In this document: piece by piece, positions 11,601 to 26,600 of the stretch
Position numbering within the stretch: position 1 is the stretch's first letter
How the letters are laid out: each line of letters opens with the position of its first letter
NCBI GenBank assembly: GCA_002633005.1
Contig: NMRA01000337.1
Location: forward strand, 458,229-490,259
Direction of reading: 5' to 3'
Origin: Phoronis australis
Lineage: Eukaryota > Animalia > Phoronida
Length of the DNA stretch: 32,031 bases
The notes under the pieces: generated by a model
The model's database searches: none
The model's input: the letters and a program-made list of their open reading frames with translations, nothing else
Told to the model about the DNA's origin: nothing
Position numbers and translations under genes: made by a program

Positions 11601-14600
11601 CGAGATATTTTCAAAATATCAGAGAGAACAAAATATTATGGAATTGATAGCAAGCCACAGCTAACTGAGAGCTCATAAAATATTTTTGATTGAACTTACT
11701 CGTTCACACGATGATTACTCACCCGTTTGCAAGGTAACTATTCACCTGTTCACACGTAAGGTAACTACTCACCCGTTCACATGTAAGGCATTGCACTGAA
11801 CTGAGAAGTTTCCCATCAAAGACATCAGAGATTACACTGGAATATTCTACCGGTTTCTTGGTTTTAACTGGCACTGTAAAGAGGGAAATTACTCTGAGTG
11901 AATACTATAGATCCCAACAGTTCTTCTGGCTTGTGTGTCAAAAACGTTAGAGGAACAATTTAAAGATTTTAGTTGATACAGGAGCCAGAAACGTCCAGGG
12001 TTATCCACTGTCTGATTAGAGTTCATATGATAATGACGTTGCATACCAACATCAGTTTGAGCCACCTGCCAAGAGTTTGAAAAAGCCTACGATGTGTTGA
12101 AACTGATGATTCGATTATTTGATCAGGCTAAAAGGAGTATTATTGGTTCTCATCTAGTCTGTGCGAAACCCATCTTGACACATGTGTCACACTGTTTAAA
12201 GAAAAAAGGACTTTGAATATTTAATTTATTTTTTTCAATAATACACAAAGGTAGCATCAATCAACATTTTTATTATCTTAATTCATTACGAACGAGCATC
12301 CGTGCCATTTTAAGTTACGATAAGTCATACTGGGACAACCATAGCGCTGTTAAAATAGTCAGTTACTGATTGCAGATATAAGACCACAAAATGATGGCAA
12401 CACAATGCAAGTCGTGTCCCACTGACCTTCAGGATGCGGCGAGGAGGCACTCCGTGTTGCCGTCTTTGTACCTGGGTCTGGCTTTGTGCGTCGAGACTTT
12501 CCTTGCCTACTTTGTTCACTTGTATTTTTTGTCCTCGGCCCGTCACCCGCGTCTGCACCTAAATTCACTGGACGAACATCACCAGTATTCTCACCAGCTA
12601 TCTTCTCTATTCTTCCACTCTCAGGTTGGCAACGACCTTTAACCTTTTCACCATCGCCCACTTGTTCATTTTCATTCACGACATTGCTCAACTGCTCGGG
12701 GGCAGCTGAGGTGGTATTCTTCGTCTCAGAGTTCACGTCCATTAGTTCAGAATTAGAGCGACACTCGCCCTCCTCCACGACACTAACATTATCACCACAT
12801 TGTGGCTCATCCATGTTGCAATCAACAGCATGACTGTCTTCTACCATCATATCACATTCAGGATGTTCACTGAATTCAGCTGTGTCCTCCACTGACTGTA
12901 TCTCTCCACTCAACCCAGAGTCACAAGATTCATACTCCATCTCAGTCGGAGAAGAGCTCGACCCTGTGCTAGAGTCGATTGATGGGTGCCGCTGGGTCAC
13001 ATGAGTTGGCACCTCATGACTGTCCACTTCGACCTTTGGCCTCCTGAGCTCCTCGTGTAACTGGTCCATGAAACACCTCAGGAATTCTTGTGTGTCCTGA
13101 AAGTACAACGACAGTGTTGCCATGTGCATCTAGGCAAACATGCATCTTAATATCTGCATTGGTACACATTGGAATAATAAAATATACTGATCTTGACATA
13201 CTTATGGTTGGAATGAATTCATATCAGGCCCATAACAATCATCAGTCCGATCATTAGTAATGGCATATGAACAAACAATCACTAGTCTGATTATTAGTCA
13301 TGGCATATAAACAAATAATCATCAGTCTGATCATTAGTCATGGCATATGAACAAATAATTATCAGTCTGATCATTAGTCATAGCATATGAACAAACAATC
13401 ACTAGTCTGATCATTAGTCATGGCATATGAACAAATAATCATCAGTCTGATCATTAGTCACGGCACATGAACAAATAATCACTAGTCTGATCATTAGTCA
13501 TGGCATATGAACAAATAATCATCAGTCTGATCATTAGTCATGGCATATGAACTAATACTCATCACTCTGATCAATAGTCATGGCATACAAAAAATTCTTT
13601 TAATTATTTACCATTGCTCAGTAAAAAGATTGAAATGAATTACCCAGCTAAGGATAAACCTAGTATGAAAAATTACACAAAGCTTTAATATGAACTTGGT
13701 ATTGTGGCGGTTTGAAAACAAGTTGTGGTGTAGCATGTAGTGTGGTAAGTAATGGTAGCACACGGCGTGGTAAGCAACGGTAGCACATGACGTGGTAAGT
13801 AATGGTAGCACATGGCATGGTAAGCAACGGTAGCACATGGCGTGGTAAGCAACGGCAGCACACGGCATGGTAAGCAACGGTAGCACATGGCGTGGTAAGC
13901 AACGGCAGCATGTGGTGTGGCAACCAATAGTAGCTGTACATAGGATTACTTAGTGCTCCACTTTCCACTGCTCACCGGCCTTGTCCGTCAGTACATAGCT
14001 CCTCCCACAAGACTCGTACAATGCCTCCATGTAGCAACACACGGGCTGGGCAGGACTAGTGTTTTGAAAGAGCTGAAGTGCCAAAACTCAGTGGCTGAAG
14101 CATTTTCAGAGCTTGGACAGTTTATGTTTTAACTCTTGAGTCGTGGTATATTGCCACTCCCATTTAAAGGAGAATGCCACCCAAAAACAACCTATTTTGT
14201 ATAAATTTAGATCAAGTAGTTCTACTCGATAACGGCACGTTTGGTTGCGATACCCGACACCTGACAGCACACAGATGTGTTGAAATTATCCAATGACGTC
14301 ATTGGTTTCACACACAGTCTGTTCAGCAGTTCAAAACACGGGTTACTGGTGTCAGCTTATCACTTGAATTCATCGTTTAACACCAATAAATTATCAAACT
14401 TCGATGTAAACCCATTAAAAATATACTCAGTTCTTATAAAAACGTGTTGTTTTATTTCGCTGTTACGGATTTATCGGTATTTGGACACACAGTAGCCAAC
14501 AAAGTCCGGCAGGCCAATTTACCAAGATTCGTAGCAGGAGTTTGGGGTCTGATCAGAGATAAATTCGAAGTATTCTTCCGTGAAATACATACAGGAGAAC

Positions 14601-17600
14601 CTAGAACTGTGTTGTTTTTTTTTAAGTTCTAAACACACAAAATGCTTGTTATCGCGGACAGTGGCTCTGAATCCGATCAGACCCGTAGCGGCCACCGGGA
14701 CTGGCATGAACACAAACCAACTTGAGTAGGAAACTATGAACCTCCAGTCACGAAAGACTATAATTGTGAGCCAAAGAAATGTGCACGTAATTATTTGTGT
14801 GAATTAGCCACGAAACTGAAAATCTACTCACTTGTGAGGGGCTGCGAAGTTGGGTACCCCCTTCAGCAGACTATTTCAATAATGTATTTGTATTTCTAAA
14901 TAAAAAATCCCCCAACATTTGACCATAGCATATAAAATCGAGTGATTGTTTCACAACAGCTTTCTCTCAGCAAACACTGAATTCAGTAGCATGCGCTCAC
15001 ACGGCCTCCGTGCCTGGTCAATTACCTTTATTGCCATCATCAAAAGCCGGTAGCGCAGTGGTTTATTCATTGCTGGCTTCTCAACATTTGCACTCACGAA
15101 TACTGCAAAGTCATTACAAATTGTATCTAATGAGACAGACTTTGTTTCAGTTTTATATAAGCATTGGTTAGGATGAGAATCATTCATTTTGAAACAGAAC
15201 ACAGAATAATAAACGTCTACATGGCAACTCACCCGGCGTCAATCCCTAATTAGTTAGCCAAGAGCTCATCCGATGAAGATTTCATTGATTAGTAGGTTTC
15301 ACAGACTATCAATTTGAACCGGAATACACTGATCAAGAAATACTAGAGAGGCGCCGTGAACATGCACAGGCAACGGAAAGTATGGATAGTTCTTTGGTAA
15401 GCCGGAGTTCGTCAGAGAAGTCACTGTCGACGAAATGCCGGCCACAGACACGGAGATGTTTCACGGCCTCATACTTGCTATTAACAGCGTACCTTTCATT
15501 CTGACTACCGTGAGCCACTTCCTAAGCATTTCAGGCTCTCGAGGAAGTCGAAAAAACGATATACCCGCTCTCTTCGCAGCTTCATAATTCAGACAAGCGG
15601 GAACGATACAACGCAATGTTTCAAGAATGAAATGTACCTCAACGGAATCAGTTCCAGTGTTACCATGGTAACCGATATTTCAGTGTCGGTGCCGTTTTTA
15701 CTGACATTGGTCATGAACCTATCACGTGATATCAAAATTGTTCAAAAACGATTCTGTTTGAAGCAAAAACTGGAGTAGATAATTTGGTCAAAAATGAATC
15801 ATTCCGCATCAAGAAATTGCCTCATTTTGACCCCCAGAACACTTCCCTTGTATCTCCTAAACCACCAAACTTTGTGGTGTCACCCAATTTCTCTCATCCC
15901 TAATGTGATTTATCAGACTAAACATGGATCTGAATGGCTGACCCCCCACGTTGCCGCTTGTTGGATGTACAGTGGTCGGTGGATCCATGGACTGATACTT
16001 AAAAATCAGGTGGCATTCTCCTTTAATGCAATGAGAGAAAACAGCTTGTTGCTGGAGAATCACTCTATTTAGCAGAATACACATCTTAGTGAGCTGACCA
16101 GACAAGCAAAAGCACTGTGGCTGTGGACACTGTCTGTGAATATTAACTTGGATTAAATTTCAAGCATTAAGAATAGAAGGATGCAGCAACTGACTATGGA
16201 CCTGTCTCTTTAAAGAGCAATTAATACACAGTGAAGAGAAGCAACTTCTGCTGTGGACCCTTGTTATGGAGAACCATTGGACCCTACTGTATAGGGACAC
16301 AAGTGAATGCTGTCTGTAGACACCAACTTGGACCAAATACCAAGCATGGAGGACAGAGAAATATGGCCTTCTCGGCTTCAGGAGTTTGTCTGGACATTAT
16401 TATCTTTTACTCCCATTTTAGGGATTCCATAGACAGGAAGCAACTTGTGCTGTGTAATCTTTGTTCTAGGGAAACACTAGACACTACTTTGCTTTGCCAG
16501 AAGTGAAAGTGAGATGACCGGACTTGTTCTAGAGAAACACTGGGTAGAAGGTTAAGTAAAGTGACCAAGTAGACGCAGTGGTGGTTGTAGACACTATCTG
16601 CAGCCACTGTCTGTAGACACTATCTGTAGACAGTATCTTGTTTCAAATACCAAGCAGATGAATGTGCTCTACTTGGCTACGGACATCTGAAACCTCTCTT
16701 GTGAAGAGCATAATGACTACATCTACATAAGAGAATTCTCACAAGTTTTGAATCAGGTGTTTTGTGCAATGGGCCCGATCTATGTGGCCAGTGCGAGTTT
16801 AATGTTATTCAAGTATCGGACTGCCTGAAGTTTTTCTAATAAGAATTTGTATCAGTCATTTATATCACATCATATCATTCATATTTATTCACCTTCCATG
16901 ATAAATTATGATTAATCAGTATTACCATACACACAATCAACATATCTCCACTAAGTAGGAGGATAACTTCATGTTGATAGTTTTACATTAAGCAACTCTC
17001 ATCTCCTGATATTACTCTACAATACCTGTTGACAGGCACTTAGCAGCAGAACACAATATACATTAACATGTACACAGAGGGAAATATGCATTACCCACCT
17101 GTTGGGTGTATCCCCTGAACATGGGGTGTACCGTCTTAATGCCATGGGCCACTTGAGATGGAATGAGATAGCTGGTGCTGGAATAGAGATACAGGCAATA
17201 TGCAACATGGAAATCACAAGTTGAAAGCTTTTCATCATACTAACCCACCATAATACAGCAATGACTGTAATTGCATTGTAAACCACCATAATACAGCAAT
17301 GACTGTAATTGCATTGTAAACCACCATAATACAGCAATGACTGTGACTGCATTGTAACCCACCATAATACAGCAATGACTGTGAATGCAATGTAACCCAA
17401 CATAATACAGCAATGACTGTGAATGCATTGTAACCCACCATAGTACAGCAATGACTGTGACTGCATTGTAACCCACCATAATACAGCAATGACTGTGACT
17501 GCATTGTAACCCAACATAGTACAGCAATGACTGTGATTGCATTGTAACCCACCATAATACAGCAATGACTGTGACTGCATTGTAAACCACCATAATACAG

Positions 17601-20600
17601 CAATGACTGTGACTACATTGTAACCCACCATAGTACAGCAATGACTTTGACTGCATTGTAACCCACCATAATACAGCAATGACTGTGACTGCATTGTAAC
17701 CCAACATAGTACAGCAATGACTGTGATTGCATTGTAACCCACCATAATACAGCAATGACTGTGACTGCATTGTAAACCACCATAATACAGCAATGACTGT
17801 GACTACATTGTAACCCACCATAGTACAGCAATGACTTTGACTGCATTGTAACCCACCATAATACAGCAATGACTGTGACTGCATTGTAACCCAACATAGT
17901 ACAGCAATGACTGTGATTGCATTGTAACCCACCATAATACAGCAATGACTGTGACTGCATTGTAAACCACCATAATACAGCAATGACTTTGACTGCATTG
18001 TAACCCACCATAATACAGCAATGACTGACTGCATTGTAAACCAACATAGTACAGCAAAGACTGTAACTGCATTGTAACCCAACATAGTACAGCAATGACT
18101 GTGACTGCATTTTAACAAAAAGGAGGCTGTTACTCAATGTGAAACTCTAAATTCACAAAGTCTTGCAAGTGAATCAAGGGACTATAATACAAATGCCTCC
18201 ATTTGGGTACTCAGAAGAGACCCTTGTAACACAAATGCCTACATTAAGGTAATCACATAGATTCCTTATCACACAAAATCTCCCATGCAGATGAACCGTG
18301 TTTTACCTAGTTTAATCTAAGCCAAAAGTAATATCATATGTTTGCCACAACAAAAATTTCCAAATCAGACATGTGGCCAAACATGACAGTCCTCGATGCT
18401 TCACAGAAGATCCGTGATAAAGCGAATATTTAGCCAAAATGTCCTCGTTGAAGACATTGAAGACGCCCTGACATACCTGTCTCTGCCCCACATGTCATGT
18501 AGAAGCTTCATGAAGCTTTTCGATAGGCCGGGCTTCTTGTCGACAGGCACAAATGCACCACAGTCTAGAAAGAACTGGCTAAGTGGGGGACTGGAAGAAT
18601 GCAGAGGTGAAATTAACAATAGAATCATATCAAGATGATATGGAAAACATTTCCTGTTAATTTCGATCAGTGGTTGTTGCATTGAGATTAATGATAAACA
18701 GAGATTAATGATAAACAGAGATTAATGATAAACAGAGACCAATGTTAATGAGACTAATATGAGAAGTTTAAGCTTTTGCAACATTTGAAGTTGAGTGCCG
18801 ATTTGGTTTGAACATGGTGTGAAGGAGTGTATTTTGAGAGAATTGAGCATTTGCCTTCAACAGAAGAGGTAAAATTTTGCAAAAAATTCCCACCGTTTGT
18901 CTGAAGACTGACGCATGACAATAGGTGTTGCTGAAGATTGGAAGTCGGCAGCGGTTGATGAAATACAATTGTTTAAAATCAAAGATTTATAATAAATTGC
19001 TTCTGCATCTATACCGATTAGTAATAATCTTCATTCATGTGAAAGTATGAATTGAATAATTATCATATTTTTATCAGACAAGCAAAGGATTTAGAGAATT
19101 TTCCACAACAACAAAAAACAAGGGACCAGAGAAACCTGTTGAGCATCCCTATACACTCACCAGTTAGACAGCGCCTGCAGGGCAGCATTCATATAACATG
19201 TGTTACCTATGTTCTTGAGACCAATCAGACCTGTGGAGATACAGACACATAATAATCATGTTAACCTATTCAAAGTTGTTTCAACTGTCATCCAAAAATA
19301 AAGTCTAATAAGAGATGAATCCCAACTGCATTAGCCATCACTGAGACTGAATCTTGACTACACTAGACATCACAATGACATTGAATGTCTACTTCACTAA
19401 ACGTCACTATGACATTGAATCCCAACTGCATTAGCCATCACTGAGACTGAATCTTGACTACACTAGACATCACAATGACATTGAATGTCTACTTCACTAA
19501 ACGTCACTATGACATTGAATCAAGACTGTACAAGAAGTCACTTTGACATTGAATCAAGACTGTACAAGAAGTCACTATGACATTGAATCCCAACTGCACT
19601 AGCCATCACTATGACATTGAATCTCGATTCCACTAGCCGTTACTATGACGTTGAATTCCGACAGCACTAGCCATCACTATGACATTGAATCCCGACTCCA
19701 CTAGCCTTGACCTTGACACTCAATTGTAACTGCAGTTGCTGTCACTATAACATTGAATCCTGACTGCACTAGCTCTCAATATGACATTTATATCCGACTG
19801 CACTAGCAGTCACTATGACATTGAATCCCACTGCACAAGCCATCACTATGACGTTAAATCCCGATTCCACTGGCCAAAAACTGCAGTTGCCGTCACAAAG
19901 ACATTGAATCCTAACTGCACGAACCATCACTATGACAATGAATCCCAACTGCACTAACCATGAATATGAAATTGACTGCCCACTGCACTAGCTCTCAATA
20001 TGACAATGAATCCCGACTGCACTAGCCCTCACTGTAACAGTGAATCCCAACTGCACTTGCTGTCACTGCGACATTGAATCCCAACTGCATAAGCTGTCAC
20101 TGAGACATTGAATCCCAACAGCAGTAGCCGACACTATGGCATTTAATCCCGACTGCACTGATCGTCACTGACATTGAGTCCCAACTGCACTAGCCATCTA
20201 TATGAAACTGAATCCCGATGCACTATCCATCACTATGACATTGAATCCCAACTGCACTAGCCGCACTGAGAAATTGAATGTCGACTACATAAGCTGTCAC
20301 TGTGACATTGAATCCCGACTGCATTACCGGTTTCTATGACATTGAATCCTCACTGCACTAGCCGTCATTATGGTATTGAATCCCCAATGCACTAGTCGTC
20401 ATTATGACAGTGAATCCTGACTGCACTACCCATCACTTTGAGATTGAATCCTGACTGCATTAGAACTTAGAAGTCACTATGACATTCAATCCCGACTGCA
20501 TTAGCCATCGCTTTAACACTGAGTCCCCACTGCACTAGTCGTCACTGTGACATTGAATCCTGGCCGCACTAGTCATCACTGACATTGAATCCTGACCTCA

Positions 20601-23600
20601 CTAGCCATCACTATGACATTTAATCCCGACTGCACTAGCCGTCACTATGACTATGAATCCTGGATGTACTAGCAGTCACTATGACATTGAATTGTGACTG
20701 CACTAGCCGCCATGATAATGAAATCCCAAGCTTTCTATCTGATTGTTTTGACGTTAGATTTTTTTTTTTTGATAACTGAAGGTTGTTGGAACCAAATCAG
20801 ACCCTGAAAACAAAGATGATACACTGCTAGTTCTTGATTGATATCGATTCACAAATGACCAGAGTATTCAAGGCAGTTCCCATAAGTTTCGAGGCAATTC
20901 CCATACTATTCAAGGTTGTTCCCATAATATTCAAGGCTGCGCCCATATTCCCATATTATTCAAGGTTGTTCCCATATTACTCAAGGCAGTTCCCACACAA
21001 TTCAAGATTGTTCCAATAATATCCAAGGCTGCGCCCATATTCCCATATTATTCAAGGCTGTTCCCATAATATCCAAGGCTGCACCCATAATATTCAAAGT
21101 TGTTTCCAGAATATTAAAAGCTGTTCCCAAAAAGTACAAGTCTGTTCCCAGAATATTCACTACTGTTCCCATAACATTCAAGTCCAACTGGGCCCCACTA
21201 TTAAACCCTTGAGTCAAGTTTCAAGCTCCTCAGCTTGGTTTTAACTATGTATTAATAAAGCTTAAAATTGGTTCCAGATGATCAGTGCAATATGGGCCCA
21301 CATTCACCCTTTGCGCACGTCTGGTACAATGTGTATCAGACCACCAGCAATTATTTTGTTTACCGTACTCATCCGGGTTACGGCCCGTGCTCGGCTTACC
21401 GCCCTCCCCCTGAAAATTTCAACTTTTCATTTTTAAGCACCCATGCTCAGTTTACCGCCCAACCCCCAATTTTTCATGATCGAGACTTCTGTAAAATTAT
21501 CTGTGCTTCAGTGATCGTTCGTCACGCAAAATTAAAATTCCAAAACGAGCGCAACTCACTTAGCCTATCTTCCTGTGACAATCAATCAATTTTAGCGGAA
21601 CCGGGACCTTGCCTTACCATGGCGGTAAAATACCCGTATTCTCATGTCACTGAAGGAGACACAATTGTTTCCTTTGGCTCACGCGCGGAACTTGTGTCGG
21701 CATGTACTCATCACTGAGACTGAGCTTGTCGAATGTATTTCATTTGCTGAAGAACCAACAAGGCAGTACTTGACAGGGATATCATGTCCGTGGCCAACCT
21801 TTCTGTGATTACCCGTGACAGTACACGAAACCACCCTGAGCATTGAAATAAAAGACATGGTCCATTGTGACAAGCCAACTTGTGTCGCTGTTCCCGTCTT
21901 GATTAAACCCATGTTTTAATGACTTTCACTCCTGACACCAAAATGGCAGCGTCCAAGAGCGCAAAAAATCAACTTGTCATTAGCACAAGTCGAACATTCT
22001 GTCCACGTTCCATGTGGTCAAAAACTTATTTTTTTGAACTTTTGATTTGCCTGATGACTTTTTACAAGATGTGTTTACGCTTGATTGTTTTGGCAGCTGA
22101 CCGAGTACCACTATTGCTGACCACCCCTATAGCGTAATAGTGGTCTCGTCCGATTGTTGAGCATGTGCTTTGAAAAACAGCAGTGTTGGCTTTGAACTCA
22201 AAAAGAAATATACAAAGTATATAAAATGTTACATTGTTTAAAGTGTTCAATAAGAAGACCTGTCAATCATTAGCACTGCATGGTTGCCTAAGTGCAAAGG
22301 GGAAGCAAATCTTTATACAATCAAGTGCTCCCCTAAATACACCGCGAACTAGCGGAGTATGGTGTGATCTGTCTGTTCTCTCAAGAAACTTGCTCTACTG
22401 AACGCACGCCTACTTGTAGGAATACCTAAGTTAGTTCTAAGAGATGACCAGCAGCGACCGAGGTACGTAAAAACCCAATCATGCTCACGACGCCATTGTA
22501 TTGTGGGCGCAGTTCGTTACGTCAATCCCCCGACCTATATTTTAACTGATATGCTTGAAGTCCGACGTCAGTGCAGCTCCGTCAGGGTTAAATCGGTCCT
22601 CAGTGCAGTAAGCAACAACTCCCGACTTTTCAAAAATTTTGATTTTAACCGCCCATGCTCGACTTACCGAACATCCCCTTTTTTACGATTCCCAATTTAA
22701 GCGTCCAGGGTGGTAACGCGGACGAGTACAGTAAATTAGGGTAAATGATTTTAACATACATAACATCCATCACAATTTATACAAAGTGGACAATCTTCCT
22801 TTATCATGGTCCACACCGCCAGTCTCATTAACAGTGTCCTCCTCATGAACACAATTCTTGACAGGCAGACTGATGTTCATGGATTGCAATTCTGTTTTTA
22901 CAGTCTCAGATGTTATCATGTTCTAAAACTTCATGAAATAAAATAGCAACATTGTGTTTCACTCACTCTAAAAGACAGGATATCTCATGTTTGTGTTATT
23001 AATGGCTAAGATTAACTAACTAAATCACGCCTCCAATTTTCACACTTGACATGTTACACACATCACACTAGCAGTTACACCGACAGTAGAGAAAACAAAT
23101 GAAGCGGCCTTCTAACCATGGAAAAAGTCATTCTGAAACTACAACTCTCATGAGGAATAGACCACTGCTCGTAAGCCCATGAGAAAAGAGCTCAGTTTGT
23201 ATGAAAATAAAAATGGTTAATGAGAAAAGACCCTTAACTCATCAGAATAAAAACATGCTAACTAGACAAAAACGCTGTTAATGAGAACATCCACACAGGT
23301 GATAGAGAGGGAGATGGTCTATTCTGCCCGTATTACCTCTAACTTTATCACTGCCTTCATTATCAGAGTCGGATAGCTCCTCCATCTCCCCAGAGAGGTC
23401 AGGCTGCAGGCTGTTGTCTGGAGTTGGAGTCAAACCAACAGGTGCCACACTCCTCTCTCTCATACTGCAAACAACGAAGTTGGATTATACAACAAAAAAC
23501 AACCTGAAAGATACTTTGCATAGTTGATGCAAAAAATTACAAATTTAAAAATCTTGGAACTCATTTCAGTATTTCCTGCCACCCGAATATTGCGGTGAGA

Positions 23601-26600
23601 AAATCTGAAAGTGTGTATAGTAATAATTGATACCACTATGTAAGGACAGCAGCTTATTGATACCACTGGGTAAGGACAGTAGCTAATTGATACCACTGGG
23701 TAAGGACAGTAGCTAATTGATACCACTGGGTAAGGACAGCAGCTTATTGATACCACTGGGTAAGGACAGCAGATAATTGATAGCACTGGGTAAGGAAAGC
23801 AGCTAAATCATACCACTGGGTAAGGACAGTAGATAATTGATACCACAGGGAAAGGACTGCAGCTCCCCAAGGTGACACTTCATGTACACTGGTGCTAGAC
23901 TGTAGTAAATGTGCTGCACTGATGCAAACCTCACTTTACAGACACGTTTGTCTTCACAATATATTATTGTCTTTAGCAGGATGCTTGATACTTGATTGAC
24001 TACTTACAGAATTGTGTTTTATGATACATAATTCTCTGCAGCATTTTTAAAACTAGAAAGTGAGCAACTGAGTTAGCTTCCAAAGAAGGAGGTAGATACT
24101 GTCTGAGAACCAGACAATATTTCAGATTGCACAAAGCTGACTGCGTTTTCATGGCAAGGAGGAAGGAGGCTATTGCACAAAGATGACAGTGTCTTCATGG
24201 TGGGGAGGAAAGAGGCTATTGCAAAAATCTGACAGTGTCTTCATGGCGAGGAGGATGGNAGGCTATTGCACAAAGCTGACACTGTCTTCATGGTGGGGAG
24301 GAAAGAGGCTATTGCACAAAGCTGACACTGTCTTCATGGTGGGGAGGAAAGAGGCTATTCCACAAAGCTGACACTGTCTTCATGGTGGGGAGGAACGAGG
24401 CTATTGCACAAAGCTGACAGTGTCTTCATGGTGGGGAGGAGAGGCTACATGTACTTCAGAGGTTGTTTCATGAAAAGACTTTAAGACAGAAATTTGGTGT
24501 TACGCTCCTACTTCACTCCTGTTGCAAAAAGGTTTAGCCTAACAATTACGAGTGCATCACACTTTTGCTCAAGTGAAATTTATTTTTTTTCAGAAATAAC
24601 TGTGTGGAGCATAAGACCAAATTTCTGACTTAATTCTTAAGACATTTTTCATGAAACAAAGTCAGGACGAATGATAATGTTCATATAAAAAAGCCTGGAT
24701 GAATGAATCATAATGTTAATATAACAAACCTTGGATGAATGATAATGTTCATGTAACATACCCTGGATGAATGATCAAATAATGTTCATATAACAAAGCC
24801 TGGATGAATAATGTTCATGTAACAAACCCTGGATGAATGATAATGTTCATATAACAAAACCTGGATGAATGATAATGTTCATATAACAAAGCCTGGATGA
24901 ATGATAATGTTCGTATACCAAAGCATGGATGAATAATGTTCATACAACAAACCCTGGATGAATGATAATGTTCATGTAACATACCCTGGATGAATGATAA
25001 CAGGGTTTCCCCTGCGTGTAAACTTCTGGGCGGCCCACCACGCTCCTTTTTGGCCCCATCACTCGTAAATCATTCTCAAATTGACCGCCACACACCTAAT
25101 CGTGACGGGGAAACTTCACTTTGCTAGTAAAAATGATCGCTAGTAATTATAAATAAGTATAAGTCACACGGCACCTTTCGCCATTTGTGGATCGAAAGGG
25201 AAAAATAATAATTTTACAATGGGATCTTGAATTGTGCAGTCATTCAATCTCCAATCTCCTTTCATACCTCGTTTCTGCCTGGTTATTCCACAATGCATAT
25301 ATACTTAATACAGCCGGGACCAGGCAACGACTTCGATACGAATTTTCTAAAATGCAAAAGCGCCTGGGCTCGCTAATGATGTAAGAAACAGTAAGATTTC
25401 TGCTTCATTCATTTTTATCGTGACCGAGTTTACAAAAGACATTGTGAATTATACTGCAGGGCGTGACATCCAACTGTTTAATCAACCATAGCCCTGCGCC
25501 AAAATAACGATATTGAATGTTAACCAGTCTCAGATTCGTCTGCATGGACTGGATTACTACATCGTCTGCTACGCCGGCCAATGCCAATCCACTATCACTG
25601 ATTTATGTTTAGCAAGATGGTATTAACGGAAGTTTTGTTACACAAATCAATTTATAACATCTACAAAGTTCAAATATTTTTTGTTCTATGTTTGTCACTT
25701 CGTGGATAACTGAATTTTAACACTGTTTTTTGTACTCAAGTGCGGGGTTCCACATTCGCGTCGAGCATTCACCACCACGCTCCTTTCGAAACCCAGCTAA
25801 TAGGGGGATCCCATTTCTCATATTCGCGTGTGGCAACGGTCTTTGCACCCCGTTTTGGCCATTCACTACCATGCTCCTTGCAAAACCTAGGGGAAACACT
25901 GAATAATGTTCATGTAGCTAACAGTTTTCCATCATGATGACCAACCACTGAACACTGTTATGTATCTAAATGGTGGCAAAATTCTTGTTGCAAAAGCAAT
26001 CACCGCCATCTACTGAAAAATTCCAAAATCAGGAGCTGTAGGTTCTTTTGGAAGATTTCTATGACATCATTTTCTGTCCATCAAAAAAACCAGCAGCCAC
26101 TTTTGGAAATCAGTGTTGGGCTCGTACGGAAACTTGCAACGGAGACCACAGCACACTCATCAGTCAGGGACTTGAAATAGCTGAGTTTCACTGTTGGTCA
26201 AATTACGTTATACAAACAAAATGGCTACTCACACCAGAGGGGGTACATTGTTGTACTTGAATACTTCCTGTTCGCATGTATAACACCAAATTCTTTTTGT
26301 GGTTAAATTTAACGTCAGGCAGTGGTGGCTTGTCTAAAAGAAAAGCATTGAATATGAAACAACTTCAACAGCAAAAACGAAAGTAAATGATGCATCCGGT
26401 AAAGTGATATTGCCAAATGTAATGGTCATTCATCACTATCAAAACACTGTGGGAGCGACTGAAAAACATTAGTTAGCTCTGGTCTCAATGTCTTTTACTC
26501 ATTTTGAAAGCTGCGCTCACTACTTGAGAAAAAAAACACTCGCACCATCAATTTTAGCCAAGACATCACACTTTTTTGAAAAAAATGTGAGAAGGCGTGC

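Noticed and set aside
12391-12833. Plus-strand ORFs antisense to exon 8
   Set aside because: Shadow ORFs of the coding exon with no independent support.
13608-13968. Three overlapping Cys/His-rich ORFs
   Set aside because: Artefacts of the 25-bp minisatellite.
14164-16026. piggyBac element (TTAA target site)
   Set aside because: Termini are AGG..CCT rather than CCY..RGG and a THAP remnant is present, favouring Kolobok.
16110-16720. Patchy internal similarity (ctgtagacac, caaataccaagca, ttgttctag.gaaacact)
   Set aside because: Looks like an old decayed local duplication. I could not define a unit, boundaries or function.
17017-18137. Long Cys/His-rich ORFs (up to 292 aa) on the minus strand
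   Set aside because: They are translations of the 38-bp minisatellite cycling through three frames inside an intron; no evidence of coding function.
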